The notes: a model not told the origin generated them from the letters alone. DNA of 63,914 nucleotides, filler included, from Cercozoa sp. M6MM (GCA_040357565.1; 13 parts of 13 records of this genome joined end to end with filler, not necessarily neighbours in it), one strand, 5' to 3'. Counted from the first letter of the whole stretch, positions 1-15,738 are shown. A program made the numbers and translations.

Positions 1-3000
1 CCTTTTACCTCCTCTTACCTCCCCCCTGTTATCTCTCTTTAACTCCCTCACCCCTGTATGTTTGGAAAAGGTACCGCTTGGAATGCGTCGGTGTCGCACG
101 CGGCTGGCCTGTAGGTACACATGTTATCCATCTAACCCCCCTTAACGCCTTATCTTCTACCCCCTTAACCCCTCCCCTTGTTACCGCTGAAGCACGCCAT
201 GGCAGCAGCGGCGCCTGCGCGGGCCGCCAGCGTCGCTTCGTCGCCTTCCACGTCGCTGTCCTGTCCAGGGGAGGTAAGATGGGATACGATGGAGGTAAAG
301 TGGGGAGAGGGGGTAAAGAGGAGGATAAAGCGGAGTAAAGTGGGGGTAAAAAGGAGATAAAGTAGGCGTAAAGAGCAGGGTAATGTGAGGGTATAGAGGA
401 GGGCAATGTGAGAGTATAGAGGAGGGTAAAGTGAGGGTATAGAGGAGGGTAAAGAAGAGGGTACAACGGGTAGAGGGGTAAAATGGGAGTTAAAGGTAAA
501 GCTACATGCTGCTGTTGCTGCTGCAGAACAGAGGCAGCGGCGGCGGCGGCGTTGTCTTCGCGCTGCCGATTCGCCTCCTCGCGTTGCCTGGGGGGGGGTA
601 AAGTTAGAGGTAAAGGGGTAAGAAGGGGTGTAAAGCCCTACCACTGGTTGTACACGCGCGCCCAATCAGCCAGCTGCGTCGGGTGCACCGTCATATCTAC
701 CCAAACAGCAGGGTAAAGAGGGGTAAACAGGGGAAAAGAGGGTTAAGAGGGTTAAGAGAGGGTAAAGAGAGGGTAAAGGGAAGGGGGTAAACCCAAGCCT
801 ACCATAGTCCCAGACAGGCACGCGGCACATGTGGTTGACAGCCTCGGCCGAGGCAAAGGTCTCAGTACTTACGCGCACCTCTTCGAGTCGACCCACGGCA
901 CGCGACAGCTGACGCACCACGCGCATCTGACTGCGCGCCAGGCGTTTCTCCAACGCGCGCAGTTGCCGCATCTGCTGTTGCACCGTGCGCAGTCGTCGCT
1001 GTGCTCACACACGCCCACACACGTAGCTACACTTCATCCATCTCCTTACCCCCAGGAAATAGTACAGTCTCTAGCTGCTCAACGCGCATCGTGATGGCCG
1101 GGTACACGTCCCGCACCAGCGTTGTCAGGCGCTCGTTCGACTCCTGGGAGCAAGGGGTAAGAAGAGTAAAGAGAAGAATAAGGGGTGAAGGAGGGTGAGG
1201 GGTGGGTCGGGGGTAAAAGGCACCAGTATCTGCGCCTGGTAGTCACGCTGCGCCGCCAGCGTTTTGTCCTTCTGCGCCGCCGTCTGCGCCAGCGACTTGG
1301 CCGACGGTTGCGACCCGGCCAGCTCGGCGTGCAGCAGGTCTAGCATGCCCGGGATGCCCTCGCCGTACGTGTCCAGCTTGGCTCGTAGCTTCGGGTCGCA
1401 CTGACCTGGCGTAGGGATAAACGGGGGGCGCGGGAGGAATGAGGGTAAAAGTAAGTGGGTAAGAGAGCAAGGGGGTAAAAAGCCTGATACCAGCACAGTA
1501 ACTCTTTTGGCAGCGACTGCAAGGTGCGAAATCCACCAGCAACGGCTCGCGTGGCAACACGTCACACCGCAGACGAGCCTGGGAGGTAAAGAGTAAAGGG
1601 GATAAAGGGACAAAGGGGACAAAGGGACAAAGGGGACAAAGGGACAAAGGGGACAAAGGGNNNNNNNNNNAGGGGACAAAGGGACAAAGGGGACAAAGGG
1701 ACAAAGGGGACAAAGGGGATAAAGGGGAAGATGGTAAAGAAAGGAGAAGGTAAAGTGGGGGGAGGGGGTGTAAAGTGAGGGTAAAACCCGAGTCTACCTG
1801 ATCCAGACGCGACTGTTGCGTGACGGTTTTGCTGCGTTTCTGCGCCAGTCGGTCGATGCTGTCGTCGGTGAGACCCTGTTCCACGCGGAGTCGCTCCTCC
1901 GACTCGCGCAGTCCCTCGCGCGCCACGTCGATCACATCTGCCCATGGGGGAGGTAACAGTAATTGTAAGGTGTCCGGGGGGGGGGGTAAACCACTCAGAG
2001 GCCGCAGCACGCGCTCGTAGCCCTCCTTTAACGACAAGGCTTCCTCGCTCGCCAGCAGGTGACGGTCCTCTTCGTCCGTGTCCTCTGCTTCCTCTTCCTC
2101 CTGCACGGGGGGGGGGGTAAAGGGGGAAGTAAAGGGGAAGTAAAGGGGGAAGTAAAGGGGGAAGTAAAGGGGGGAAGTAAACAAGCGAAATAAAGTGGGG
2201 AGGGGGGTAAACCTGCGACACAGCCGACAGGCCCGAGAGCGAGAGGTGTCCCAACTCGCGCAGCGTCTGCACCGCCTCGTCAAAACCGTGCGCCAGTCGC
2301 TCCGGCCGACCGCCGTGCTTCACGCGGTGCTCCATCAGCGTCGCCACGTGCTCGCGCGTCACCTGGAAGTAAACAGGGGGGTAAACTGGGGGGTAAACTG
2401 GGAGATAAACTGGGGGGAGTGAACTGAAGGTAAACTGGGTAAACAGGGGGAGAGGATAAACCTGATCGACACTCTCGGCGAACTGTTGCCGCAGGTGCTC
2501 CAGTTGCTGCACGTAGCTCCGCATGCGCTCGCTCAGCAGCAGGCCCGAGTGCAGTCGCGCACACGCATCGCTCAGCGCCTGTCGGCGTCGCGCTTCCTCC
2601 TGCGGGGGCAAGGGGTAAACAGGTAAACAGGTAAACAGGTAAACGGGGGTAAACAGGGGGTAAACAGGGAAGTAAAGAGGTAAACTGGTTGGAAAACGGG
2701 GGGAAGAGAGAGGGGGTAAAACGCAACACACACGCACGAGGTCGTGATCGCGCCACTGGACGTCCCAGTCAGCCGCGTCGGCTCGCTGCAGTTCGAGCTG
2801 CATGTCAGCCTTCTTGCCCACGCGCCAGAACTTCTGCTTTCGCCGGGAGGAGGGGTAAAAGGGGTACAGAGGGGTGTGGGGGGGGGGTAAACTACCTTGG
2901 ACAGGCCCTTGCGCGCACGCTGTGAGGCCGCAGCCGCCAGCATCGACTCGGCCGGCGCGTCGCACTGAGTCGACATTCGGCGACTCGCTCCGCTGGCCGG

Positions 3001-4805
3001 TGTCGTCGGTGCCACGAGGCCAGTGGCACCACTCTCACTGCGATCAGTATCATCAGCTGCACCGTCGCCCATCGTGTCTGTGACGCTATTGTTGTCCGTG
3101 TCAGGTACCGATGGCGCCGGCGTCTTGGGTCGCTCCAGCTTCAAGTGATCACAGCGAGGTAAAAGAGAGGTTAAATGGGTATAGGGTGGAGGTGAAAGAG
3201 GGGACAAGAGGAGGTAAATGGGGGAGGTACGAGGGGTATAAGAGGGAGTGCATAAGTGAGGAATAAGAGGGGTTATAAGAGGGGGTATAAGAGGGGGTAT
3301 AAGAGGAAGAAAACTGGGTGGGGGGGGGGGGTAAAACTAAAGCACACCGGCGGCAGAGGACTGTGGCCGCCCGAGTCGGAACTTTCGCTGCTCGAGACAG
3401 CGCCAGCATTGGCCGATGTCGACGAAGCAGACGACACGCGGCCTGGCGTTTCTCCTCCCTGTTGTTGTTTGTCGTGTTGTTGTTGTTTTTCGTGTTGTTT
3501 TTCGTGTGGTGCTTGAGGTTGTTGCGGTGCGAACAGACTCGCGTCGGCCACGGACTTTCGCGCACTCGTCGAAGTCGACGTACGTCGCGCAATCGTGCCA
3601 AAGAAACCGCTGTGTACATACCACGTGTTACACCTTGTACACAGAGCTACCTTGTACTCGGGAGAAACTACCTGATGGTACGACGCTGCTTTGGTGCGCC
3701 ACTCAGTGCCACCGTCGTTGAGTCGAGATCATCGACGGCACCCTCTTGACTCGGCAACGGTGGCGCACGTGCCACCGGGTGCTGCTGCTGCCGCGACGTC
3801 ACCGTCATGTGCACCGTCGGCGGCTCCGAATGCACCACCAGCTTCCTGCATCGGGAGGTAACACAGGGTCGGAGTTAACAGCGAATAAACAGAGGGTAAA
3901 CAGGGAGTAAATAAGGGGTAAACGGGGGTGTAAACAAGGGGTTAACAGGGGGTAAAACAGAGGTGTAAACAAAGGGAAGAGGCAAAACGTACTTGGAAGT
4001 CGGTGTCAGAGGCAGTGCGACTTGGACACGCGCCACGTCAGCGTAGTCGGCCAGGTCGACTGTGCAGTTAGTGCGGAAACAATAAAGGTTATCTCAACTA
4101 GAGGTAAAAGGGAGGTAAAAGGAGATAAAAGGAGATAAAAGGAGATAAAAGGGAGGTAGAAGGAAGGTATAAAAGGGAAGGTGAAGGGAGGGAACAGGAA
4201 GCAACAGGATAAAGCGTACGATCCACATGAGCGAGGATTTCCTCCGAGCCACCGAGGAGTCGTTTCAAACTAATGCCAAACGTCTTCTTGTTCCACGCGC
4301 CCGCCGATTTTTTCGGTTTGAGCGAGGTCTGCAAACACTCAGTTCTCAATTTCTTTCATTCATTTCTATCTTGCAACGTGACAAGTGGTACCTGGAACTG
4401 CAGCACGTCATCGAAATGCAGAGCCCCGCCGTCGCCTGGCGTCGCTTCGCCTGTGCGAATCTTCTCTTTCGTCTGCACCGTTTGCACATGATAACGAAAG
4501 AAAAGAGTCAACAGGTCCGAAACAAAGCAAAAGGCAAACAGAAAACAACAGGATGAAAAGGGGAAGGGCCAGGGATAATCCTACCTTACGCAGGAACACG
4601 AGCACATATCGCGCCTCGCAGTCGCCACTTAAGTCGGCATCGATCGCACAGTGCACGGCACGTTGCACCGAAATGTCAAACACGAAAGCCTGCCCAAAAC
4701 ACAAACACACAAAATGCACAACAAAAACGACTGACAAAGGGCTGGATGATCCACCTGGTCGCCGCGACGCTCTTTGCGTAAACGACGAAGCCGCGAGAGC
4801 GCCAT
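1..4805 (-). CDS. NT-type C2 domain (EEIG1/EHBP1-like) coiled-coil protein, multi-exon, 3' end beyond window start
   Basis: ATG at 4805. Spliced N-terminus MALSRLRRLRKERRGDQ|AFVFDISVQRAVH..YVLVFLRK|TKEKIRT..LHFDDVLQFQ|TSLKPKK..WNKKTFGISL..EEILAHVD|LDLADYA fits the NT-C2 pattern. Downstream exons are helical/coiled-coil. GT-AG introns. Confidence 0.65.
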
Positions 4806-5372
4806 CTCGCTCTAAAGCTGGGGTGTCTTCTTGTTTTTGAGTTTCGCGCGGAGGCTAAGTCGGAGTTGTCGTTATCAACACTGGATCACGCGAAACTGCC
4901 CCAGACCCTGCGGTGATAAGTAGGACCCTCGTGCCCAGGCGCCGCAGAAACACTCCAAGTCACCTTACAATGCAGCGAGCACACGCACAGACGCGTTAAC
5001 GCGTGGCACAAGGCGCAGAAACAAAACGACACGCTGACACCCACCCAGGGTCTGGTCGGTTGAAAGGATCAACCACTTCTCCCTGTTGCAGCACCTCGCT
5101 GGCTTCAAGTACACTCGATACACCGAGTGACTATATCTGATAGTGCCCGATGCTGTGTTTGCACGATTGTGGTGACAGTGCCCTGCTTGAAAACTTGTGA
5201 TCGAGTTGAGCATCCTCTTGATACGAACCTCCAGAAATTTGAGCTGCGCGATTTTTAACCCACTCCAGCTTCCGCGAGGATGCAGGCGGAAAACAGACTT
5301 TCTGGAACTAAATACATAATCTGAGTCGCTTACAGCCGGGAAACGCACCGTAGCGTGTGTCTGGACGCGTCG

Positions 5373-7528
5373 ATGTCGCTGTAAGTGCCATTTTTGTGTT
5401 GGATACCAAGTGGGCAGACACCAGACGTGTCAGTTTTATTGCTGTGTATTTGTGTGTGTGTGTGTGTCTGTGTAAAGACCACCGCTCGTAGCGCTCGAGC
5501 GTGTGCTGAATGGTGAGGACATAGCCAGCAGTCTGCTGCCTGAGCCTTCAAGCACAACCGCACAAAGCGAGGAGCGAGTGCTTGCTTCGCCTGCGCGTGC
5601 GAAAAAGGCATCCGAGCTGCCGGAAGAGGTGCTTTTTCACGCTCAATTGCCTGTGTGCGTGTCTCAAGACGCGAGCGACGATGTCACACGTGAGCTGACC
5701 CTGCGTGTCTCTGTGAAAGCACCGAACTCACGCGACGCCATGCTGCTGCTTTGCATGAGCGATGAGAACGACGCCGACTTGCTTCTGCACGCTGAGCTGC
5801 GAGAGCGTGAATTCCATGTGCTGAAACTCGCGCAGTCACTTCTTGTCGACTTCCACGCCTTTCCCGACATGATTGTGCAACTTGTGAAACGTGCTTTGAG
5901 AGAGCACACCCAGCGCACTCACGGGTACTGGCACTCGCGTTGATTTCACTTGATTTGCCCTGCTTCAGCAAATGCCCGCGGTGCGTAGGTTTCTCGTGTG
6001 CCTGAAGTTGCACAAGGTGGGCGCATGCTTCTCACTGGTGGAATCCAATAATTTCCGCAAGCTGCAACATTTGGCGGTCGAGTTGCGAGCAGCCACCGGA
6101 CCGGAACTGAGGACGCACCTTGCGAAACGCGGTTTGCAGTTTCGAACCGTTGCCGAGCAACTTGCCTCGCAGCTCAAAGATCTACGTTCGCAATTCGCGG
6201 CCTTGCAATTGGATCACCGGTCGCTGCAGGAGAAAGCTCTGCTGAGTGATGCCAGGCACCGTGAGTTACTCGCCAGCACTCGCGCAGAGCACTCGGCCGC
6301 CATGGCTGATTTGAAATCACAGCACTCGACGCAGCTGCGTTCGCTGGAACAAGAGCACACACAGCGCATACAGCAAATGCAGCACCAGCACCAGCATGCG
6401 ATGGATACGCTTCAGGCCAACGTTTTAACTGCCAACAAACGACGCGATGAGGCGCTAAGTGAGATCGAAAAACTGCAGACGACTTGCGACATTGGAGAGC
6501 GCAAGATCCGAGAGACTAGTTTGGAACTCGAGCAGCTACGCGACGAACTGCAGCAACGACGCGAGCAGTGCAGTTCTCAGTCGAAACAGATATTCGATCT
6601 TGAACAGCAAGTGCAGCAACTCAAGCTTCGCGAAGCAGCTCTGACGCAGCAAGTCGCCGATGCTCGCGAACTCGCCGAAAAGACGCAAAGCATGCTCAGC
6701 GTAAGCGAAAAACACCGAAACGATCTCGCTGAATCCCTTGCCGAACAGCGGCGATTGCTTGAGCGAGCCGAACACGGTAGTGTTTCACTTGACTGCTAAC
6801 TGCCTTTCTGATTAATGTTGTTCTTTTTAACTGTGTGGACGTAGAGAAATCAAGTGAAAGCTCCTCTCGCCAGCAAGCTGAACAGCAGAGCACGCTGAAA
6901 GAAGCTCGTGTCAAAGCGCTCGAGGCCGAACTGGCGGCACGTGATGCGGTCCTCGCTAAGCAGGAAGCCGCGCAGAGAGCGGCGTCGCAGGAACTGGCAC
7001 AGGCAAAGCTTGAGACTGAGCGAGCCCAAGATGCAGCGAAAGCCCGCGAGGACGAACTCGAGCGACTGCAGCAAAAACTCGTTTCACAAGGCGAAAAGCT
7101 TCGCAAGAGCAAGCAGCTGATCGAGTCGAATCAAGAAGTGATTTCTTGGCTCAACAAGGAGATCTCGCAGGTCCAAATTCAGCATAATCGGCGAAACATC
7201 ACGTCACTGAACTTCCGGCCGCGCTCGAGCCGTAATACTTCTCGCAAAAGCGCTGGCACGATCCAGGTGGATTTCGACGTCGACCCCTCTGACAGTCTCA
7301 AGTCGTCCTCGGCGCAACTCATCCACAGTCCTGTCAAGCACACGCACGAATGGTACCTGACCTTTTCTGCTAGCTGTGAAAGTGAGTGGCTGTGGCCTTT
7401 GCAGCTTCGATTTCACCGTTCCTCCCGTCCCTCCTCCGCTGGAGTTCAAGCTACCGTCCTTCTCTCCCAAGTACGTCAAAGCCGACTCCAACGACTCAGT
7501 AACAGAGACGTCTCTCAGCACGATTTAG
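5373..7528 (+). CDS. SAS6: Centriolar cartwheel protein SAS-6
   Basis: ATG 5373, intron 5381-5477. Head domain MSDENDADLLLHAELREREFHVLKLAQSLLVDFHAFPDMIVQLV..FSLVESNNFRKLQHLAVEL, then a long coiled coil and NQEVISWLNKEI; stop TAG 7526-7528. Confidence 0.92.
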
Positions 7529-7750
7529 AACTTACAGTACCGTAGTCTTAATCGTCGCTGAGGAATTTCGTCAGCGGTCTACACTCCCGACAGAATCTTT
7601 TACTCCGTCGATTGAGTCGGAAAGAACTCGTCGTGGAAGAAAAGTCCGAGTGCCAAAACAGAAAGCGCACGCATGACGTGGCATGTTTTTTGCACGTATA
7701 TCGCAGGCAGCACTACAGACAGCAGTGATTGGCGCACGTATCACTCTTGA

Positions 7751-8200
7751 ATGAGCGGGTCTTCAGCGACATTATCAGCACTGCTCTTCGCCGCCGTGTT
7801 TGTGCTACAGTTGACTACGGCCGCGAGTGTTAGTGCATCAGTCGGCAACTATCAAAAACGACTCCCCGTCAGCTGGACAACTCCTGTAACTGCTTTTCCT
7901 GTGCCTCGGAAACATTTCCAACGATACGGTATTATTGCTCCGTGAGCCAGTGCCTTGCCAGTTGTAGTGACTGGGTGTATCTGTGTCTGCAATAAATAAA
8001 TAAAAAACAACATACCAGCTACCCGGGAAGATCAAGGAACATTGCAAGTCAGGCACGCGAACATTGAATATTTAAGTTCTGCTTGTTCCAGTTGTGAAAT
8101 TTCCAAGGTGTGTTGCTGCGCAGACTGCAGGGCAGCGGCGATCAACCGCAAGTTGAGGATCGACAGGCGCGGGATCCCGAAGAAGTGCAGTTTCTTTTAA
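7751..8200 (+). CDS. Putative secreted protein, 5' part (contig ends)
   Basis: Signal-peptide-like MSGSSATLSALLFAAVFVLQLTTAASVSA; downstream exons uncertain. Confidence 0.3.
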
Positions 8201-8218
8201 AATCTCGCTGCTTTTGTT

Positions 8219-8263
<45 letters not shown>

Positions 8264-8363
8264 NNNNNNNNNNNNNNNNNNNNNNNNNNNNNNNNNNNNN
8301 NNNNNNNTTAATTAATTAANNNNNNNNNNNNNNNNNNNNNNNNNNNNNNNNNNNNNNNNNNNN
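8264..8363. other. Artificial contig linker (N-run, TTAATTAATTAA, N-run); same linker near 17839, 21730, 36579, 42788, 44871, 48885, 52412, 54254, 57399, 61476 and 62767
   Basis: Identical six-frame-stop spacer embedded in Ns, 12 times; genes are truncated at these points. Confidence 0.98.
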
Positions 8364-9387
8364 AAAAAAATAAAGATCTCGAACGTTGCTGTCTGCACTG
8401 ACTTTACATATCATACGAGTGTACAGTGCTGTGGTTTCATAGCAGTGTGTTCATGCGTGCTGCTGTCCCGTGAGCCAGTTTTCAAAAAGCTGTTCGGCTG
8501 CACTGGGCCCCCAGTGCCAGGCGGTACTGGCACGTACGGAAATGGCTGTCTGAAGAAAGGGTTGCAGCGGGCACTTGGTGCGAATTTTTGTTCTGTATTT
8601 ATTTCTTGTTGTTTTTTGTCTTTTGTTTCATGTGTGCATTTTGTCGCTTTGTGTTTCTAGAAGCAGGCGTTTAAAAGAAGAAATATGGCATTCTACGGCC
8701 CACGAGGTAGAGGTCTAAAGACCTAGGGGGTAAAGTCTGCGTCCTCTGTCGGTGCGAGGTGATATCTGTCTTAAAGAGGCCGTGTGCTGTCCTTACGCTG
8801 TGGCTGAGTAGGCCTTGCTTCGTCGGCTTTTCGTGTTCCAAGTGTGTTTATTGACAACTCAAAGGTAGCCTACCGCGTTTAGCATTTGGGTGGTCCCATT
8901 GAATTGACAGTAGGCTAGCGACCGGGTGCGGACGGGCCTCCAAGTCACTGAGTGATGTATGAACGAACTACGTCGTGGCGTCTACGTTTTTGTACACTGC
9001 TCCTTACACTGCTCCTTACAAACAGAATGACTAAGTCTCACTGTAGCAGTTATCACTCCACAACTCAAATTCCGGGTTCGAACGGCTGCCGCTCCTTGTT
9101 GGAGCTGTATCTTCGCCTACTTTCGATTTCCTTGTCTCGCGGACTCACGGACAGCGCAAACTGTCGAAGTGATTGGCCGCAAGGACGTGCGACGAAAATG
9201 TGTCATACGTCGTTTGTTCTCGCGAACGGTGCGGTTGATTTGTCCAGTCATTTGCTTTGCTGTTTAAATAGGATGTTCTGTGCTCTGTTGTAGCTGTGCT
9301 CCGAAACTGCACGCCGCCAAAGACTGACAACGAGTTCATCCTGGGATGCCGACTGTGAAGCCTCGCGAGGATCGTGCGCCCTGGAGA

Positions 9388-9730
9388 TGAGTAACTTGAG
9401 TAATTTGTAACAAGTACCTTGAGTATAAATCAGAGTAATCTGAGTACTAGCGTAGCTTGGTAACTAGAGTAATACGTCGAGTAACCCGAGTAACAATCAA
9501 GTAACTAGAGTAATAGTCGAGTAATCAGAGTAATATTCGAGTAATCAGAGTAATATTCGAGTAATCAGAGTAATAGTAGAGTAATCGGAGTAATTCGTGT
9601 CGCTGAGCGTAATTTACTCGGATTACTCAAAATTTCACGAGTAACTCGAGTAATATGCGAGTACTTCGAGTAATTGTTCGAGTAATCCGAGTAATTCGTG
9701 TCGCTGAGCGTAATTTACTCGAGTTACTCA
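9388..9730. repeat. GAGTAA-motif array bounded by 16-bp imperfect inverted repeats (MITE-like)
   Basis: TGAGTAACTTGAGTAA (9388-9403) versus TTACTCGAGTTACTCA (9715-9730); many GAGTAA units every 9-11 bp; 33-nt direct repeat at 9588-9620 and 9689-9721. Confidence 0.7.
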
Positions 9731-9838
9731 AAACCGGTTCTCGAGGACCTAATATTGTCAAACCGAACGATCGGAAGCGAAACAACGCAAGCGAATAGAG
9801 CAATCACGATCGTAGGTGTGCCGAACACTTTCGTTGGC

Positions 9839-12521
<2,683 letters not shown>

Positions 12522-12829
12522 TTTTGCACTGCAGAATGACGACGACAAATCCCGGAAAATCGGAATCAACAGGCAGACACGGTTCTTTCAAGTCACCCCA
12601 CTCACCCACTCAGCACACACGCACCTAGTCACAGCGCACGCTCTGCTTTCCCACAGGTCACCACAAAGAACCGTGCACGCACACGCAGGACAGCTTGCAC
12701 ACTGGGGCACTCTGGGCCAACGAACATTTGTACATGTACCGTCCGATTTTTACACAATGAGGCCAGTCGAGCCTCATCGAAGACTACTAATACTTCTTTA
12801 GACCACAAGAATATCAACATTTTACTAGT

Positions 12830-14189
12830 AAACTTAGTCAGAGGTTTTCAGAAGTGCTGATGTTCAGCTCTCGTCTGTCTCATGTTGCTGTGTTGAGCTG
12901 CTTGTTTTCGAGTTCTCCCAAAGCCAACTGACAAACCCACTCTTTTTTACTGTTTGGGAGAAAACACCGCAACCACTACCTCCAAATTTCGCAGGCGGTA
13001 CGAAAGCTTTTGTGCAGGATCGTTCTCGCGCATTTGGGGCTGTTGTGTCGGCTTTGTAGTCTCAGTTCGTGTGGTTCCCATGCACTGCTCGTTGCGGTTG
13101 CTTTGCCCATGATCGCTCGGTTCACCGCATTCGCTAGTACGTGGTGCGCATGAAGCATTGTTTTTGTGAGATGCGATCTGAACATGACAGACAAAACGGT
13201 GTTTCTGCAGCCACACAGGATTTAAATGCTTCCTGCTGGTACCGAGCACGAGGCAACAGACGCCCGTGTGCGACGTGAAGACGGCAGAATCTCACGCTGC
13301 GCAAAAGCGAGTTCTCGGTCCAGCTCGTCTTGTTCATTTTGCAAAGGGTGCGAGTTAATTTCTCCATCGGAAGAATCCTGCCATGCAAGGTCAGCGTCAA
13401 AGTCGTCGCGGTTGTAATACGGAGTCACAGGGCGCGGAAGCATCACTTTCCCTCGCATCACGGAAAGTCGAAAATGACGCCGCTCCTTTGCCTCTGCCTC
13501 CTTCTCTCGCTCACGTCGTCGTTTCGCTTTATGCTTTGCTTGTTGTTCGCGAACCTGAAGTATTCGGTAAGCCTGAAGCTTGGCGCTCCAAAAATACAGC
13601 GAACGCACCAAAGCTGCTCCGTAGGTGATGTGTTTTGACTGACGCAAGCGTCTGCGTTGTTGTAACTCGCGCCAACTCAGCTTGTATTGCGACATGTCGT
13701 TGAGAGTGAAATCCCTAAGGGGAAAGTGGGGTGCAAGTATGAGGGAGGCCGGGTACTGAACAGTAAGAAGAGGGAAGCTTCAATACAGGTGTAAACTGAC
13801 CAGGGTTTCTTCTTCCTCATTAAAGATATCCGTTGGGTTGACAGTTCCGAGAGTTCCGACTCTTGGCACGATCGACATGTCCCGGCTTCTTCGTCGGACT
13901 CGCGACTGACAGATGCTGAAACGGTGCTGCAAGGACTGTTCAGCGTAAGAGTGGCGTGACCGTCTTCAACCCAGGAATGAAGTTTGGCAGCTCTTGCACT
14001 CCCTGCGCACTCTCCGATGTTTGAGCGACGTCGCTTCATTTTTTGTCGCGAGCGAGCGGGCCAAACACTTCCCCGTCTGCCTGTACGAGGCCACTGCTGC
14101 AGTGGATGCCTAGCACACCAATATTTTGAGTTGTGCAGCGACATACGCTCTAATCTACGCCAGTTCGGGTCAACTGAATTCTCTTGCAA
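12830..14189 (-). CDS. Hypothetical basic low-complexity protein (boundaries approximate)
   Basis: ORFs 13677-14189, 13222-13695 and 12947-13249 can be joined through GT-AG introns; no recognisable family. Confidence 0.35.
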
Positions 14190-14527
14190 CGGATCTTTTC
14201 ATTTATCAGTATACTGACCTCCTCCGCGAGGACGACTGAAAACTGTATGCGTCAACGCCAGCTGACCGCTAAAGAACGTATCTGAAAACCACGAAAACAA
14301 CTGAAAACTCCAACGCCAGCCGTCACGCCCGTTAGTTAGGTTGTTCAGCTGTAGCATGTCATGGTTACAGTACTGTATTTATTACAGGACTTGCCCGTAT
14401 TGATATCGATGTGAAGCCACTGTAGCAGGTAAGTCAATTTATGTACAACTTACTCAGCCGATCGGCTGGGAGTTGAACAAACTGAACGGAAACAAGCCAG
14501 ACCTGTGTACGGTTTACTACATTGACA

Positions 14528-15239
14528 CTAAGCCTGGTTGAACTCAGACTCAGAGGCAACTTCAAAGCCACCAACCGAACTATCGAGATCTGAAAGTGGT
14601 TCGAAGTCAGCCGCAATGTCCGCGAAGAACGAGTCAATTTCTAGCACGTCTCTTTCCGCAGCTTCATACGCGCCACCGAAAGCTTGCAATTGGAACGGGA
14701 AGAACACCGCATCGCAGCCCAGGTCAGGTTGAAGGCTGTCAATGTGCAGGGGAACACTTTGAGCGATCTCAGTTGAGTCCAGTTCGCCAGAGAGCAACGA
14801 CAGCGATGCCACAGTGCTCGAGGTCATCGGCCGATTCGGATCCGAGTCATCTTTGGTCTTTTCGACATGCCCCTCAGTGCTTTCGATTCCACTGGCCGAT
14901 TTGAGAACCGGCTCAGAAGACTTGCGGCGACGCTTGGCCAAAGGAGCTGCTGGATTCCCAACCGACTTGGCTCGCTTTTTCGGTTTCGCCGCAGCTTGCT
15001 TCGCTTCCGACTTTTTGCTTTGTTTTCGCTCGAGTTTGCTGGCGCTTTCTCGGATAAGAGTGCCCACATTCGAGATATCCGGCCGATGGCTAAGGAGGGA
15101 AGGTAAAAGCGGTTGAGCCGTAAGCGAAAAGGAAGAACCAGCGGAACTTTGTGGAGTCTACGTTGCTGTATCGATGCGTCCGCAAAGCGACAGTTCTCAG
15201 CTTTGGCTTGTCTTTCACTTGCGAAGCTGCTTGAAACAT
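14528..15239 (-). CDS. Hypothetical protein with basic NLS-like middle and acidic tail
   Basis: MFQAASQVKDKPKLRTVALRTHRYSNVDST joins through one intron to ORF 14528-15067 (AKRRRK; acidic C-terminus). Confidence 0.45.
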
Positions 15240-15738
15240 ACATTCAGCAAAGATGGACTCCCTCAATAGTCAATAAACTGTATCAGAAATACCCAGAAGA
15301 GGTGATCGATGGATGGGAGCGAGTTTCGCGAGGTCGCCGCGAGGTCGAAACTGCACGGCTTCTTCGGCCTTTGCACTCGTTGTCGCTACATCCTCGCTGG
15401 CAGTTTCCCCGACGTCTGCTTTGGACGTCATCCCGGACTATTGGGACTCCACGATCAGCATGTGGTTGCGGGTGGTCACCGAAAAAACTGTCCAAACAAA
15501 ACTTGCATCGCGTGCCTGCCTGCAGTGCACAGGAGCGTGTGTCCGCGACGGCATAGCGTGCTTTCAAGGCCAGGATGCTCTTATGGGAACATGATCACCG
15601 CCCTGATCGTTCATTGTGCTTGATTCTGTGATCTGTCGATCCTGTTGTCAACAGACCATTGTGTGTTGTGGATTGCTTGTTTGTTTGGATTCCTTTTTTT
15701 TTCAGAGTGTCGGGTGAATACAAACGAGGACAACCAAG

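Noticed and set aside
29-3751. Many Pro/Leu/Tyr-rich, poly-HT or poly-CV ORFs in the ORF track
   Set aside because: Read-through of intronic repeats and microsatellites, not real proteins.
4865-5215. Possible small spliced ORF or structured RNA between NT-C2 and SAS-6 (10-bp pairing 4901-4910 with 5047-5056)
   Set aside because: No recognisable family or motif; could be UTR or chance pairing.
8308-8319. Recurrent TTAATTAATTAA palindrome
   Set aside because: Always embedded in fixed N runs; an artificial six-frame-stop linker.
9388-9730. CRISPR-like array
   Set aside because: No constant repeat with unique spacers, no cas genes, and the context is eukaryotic.
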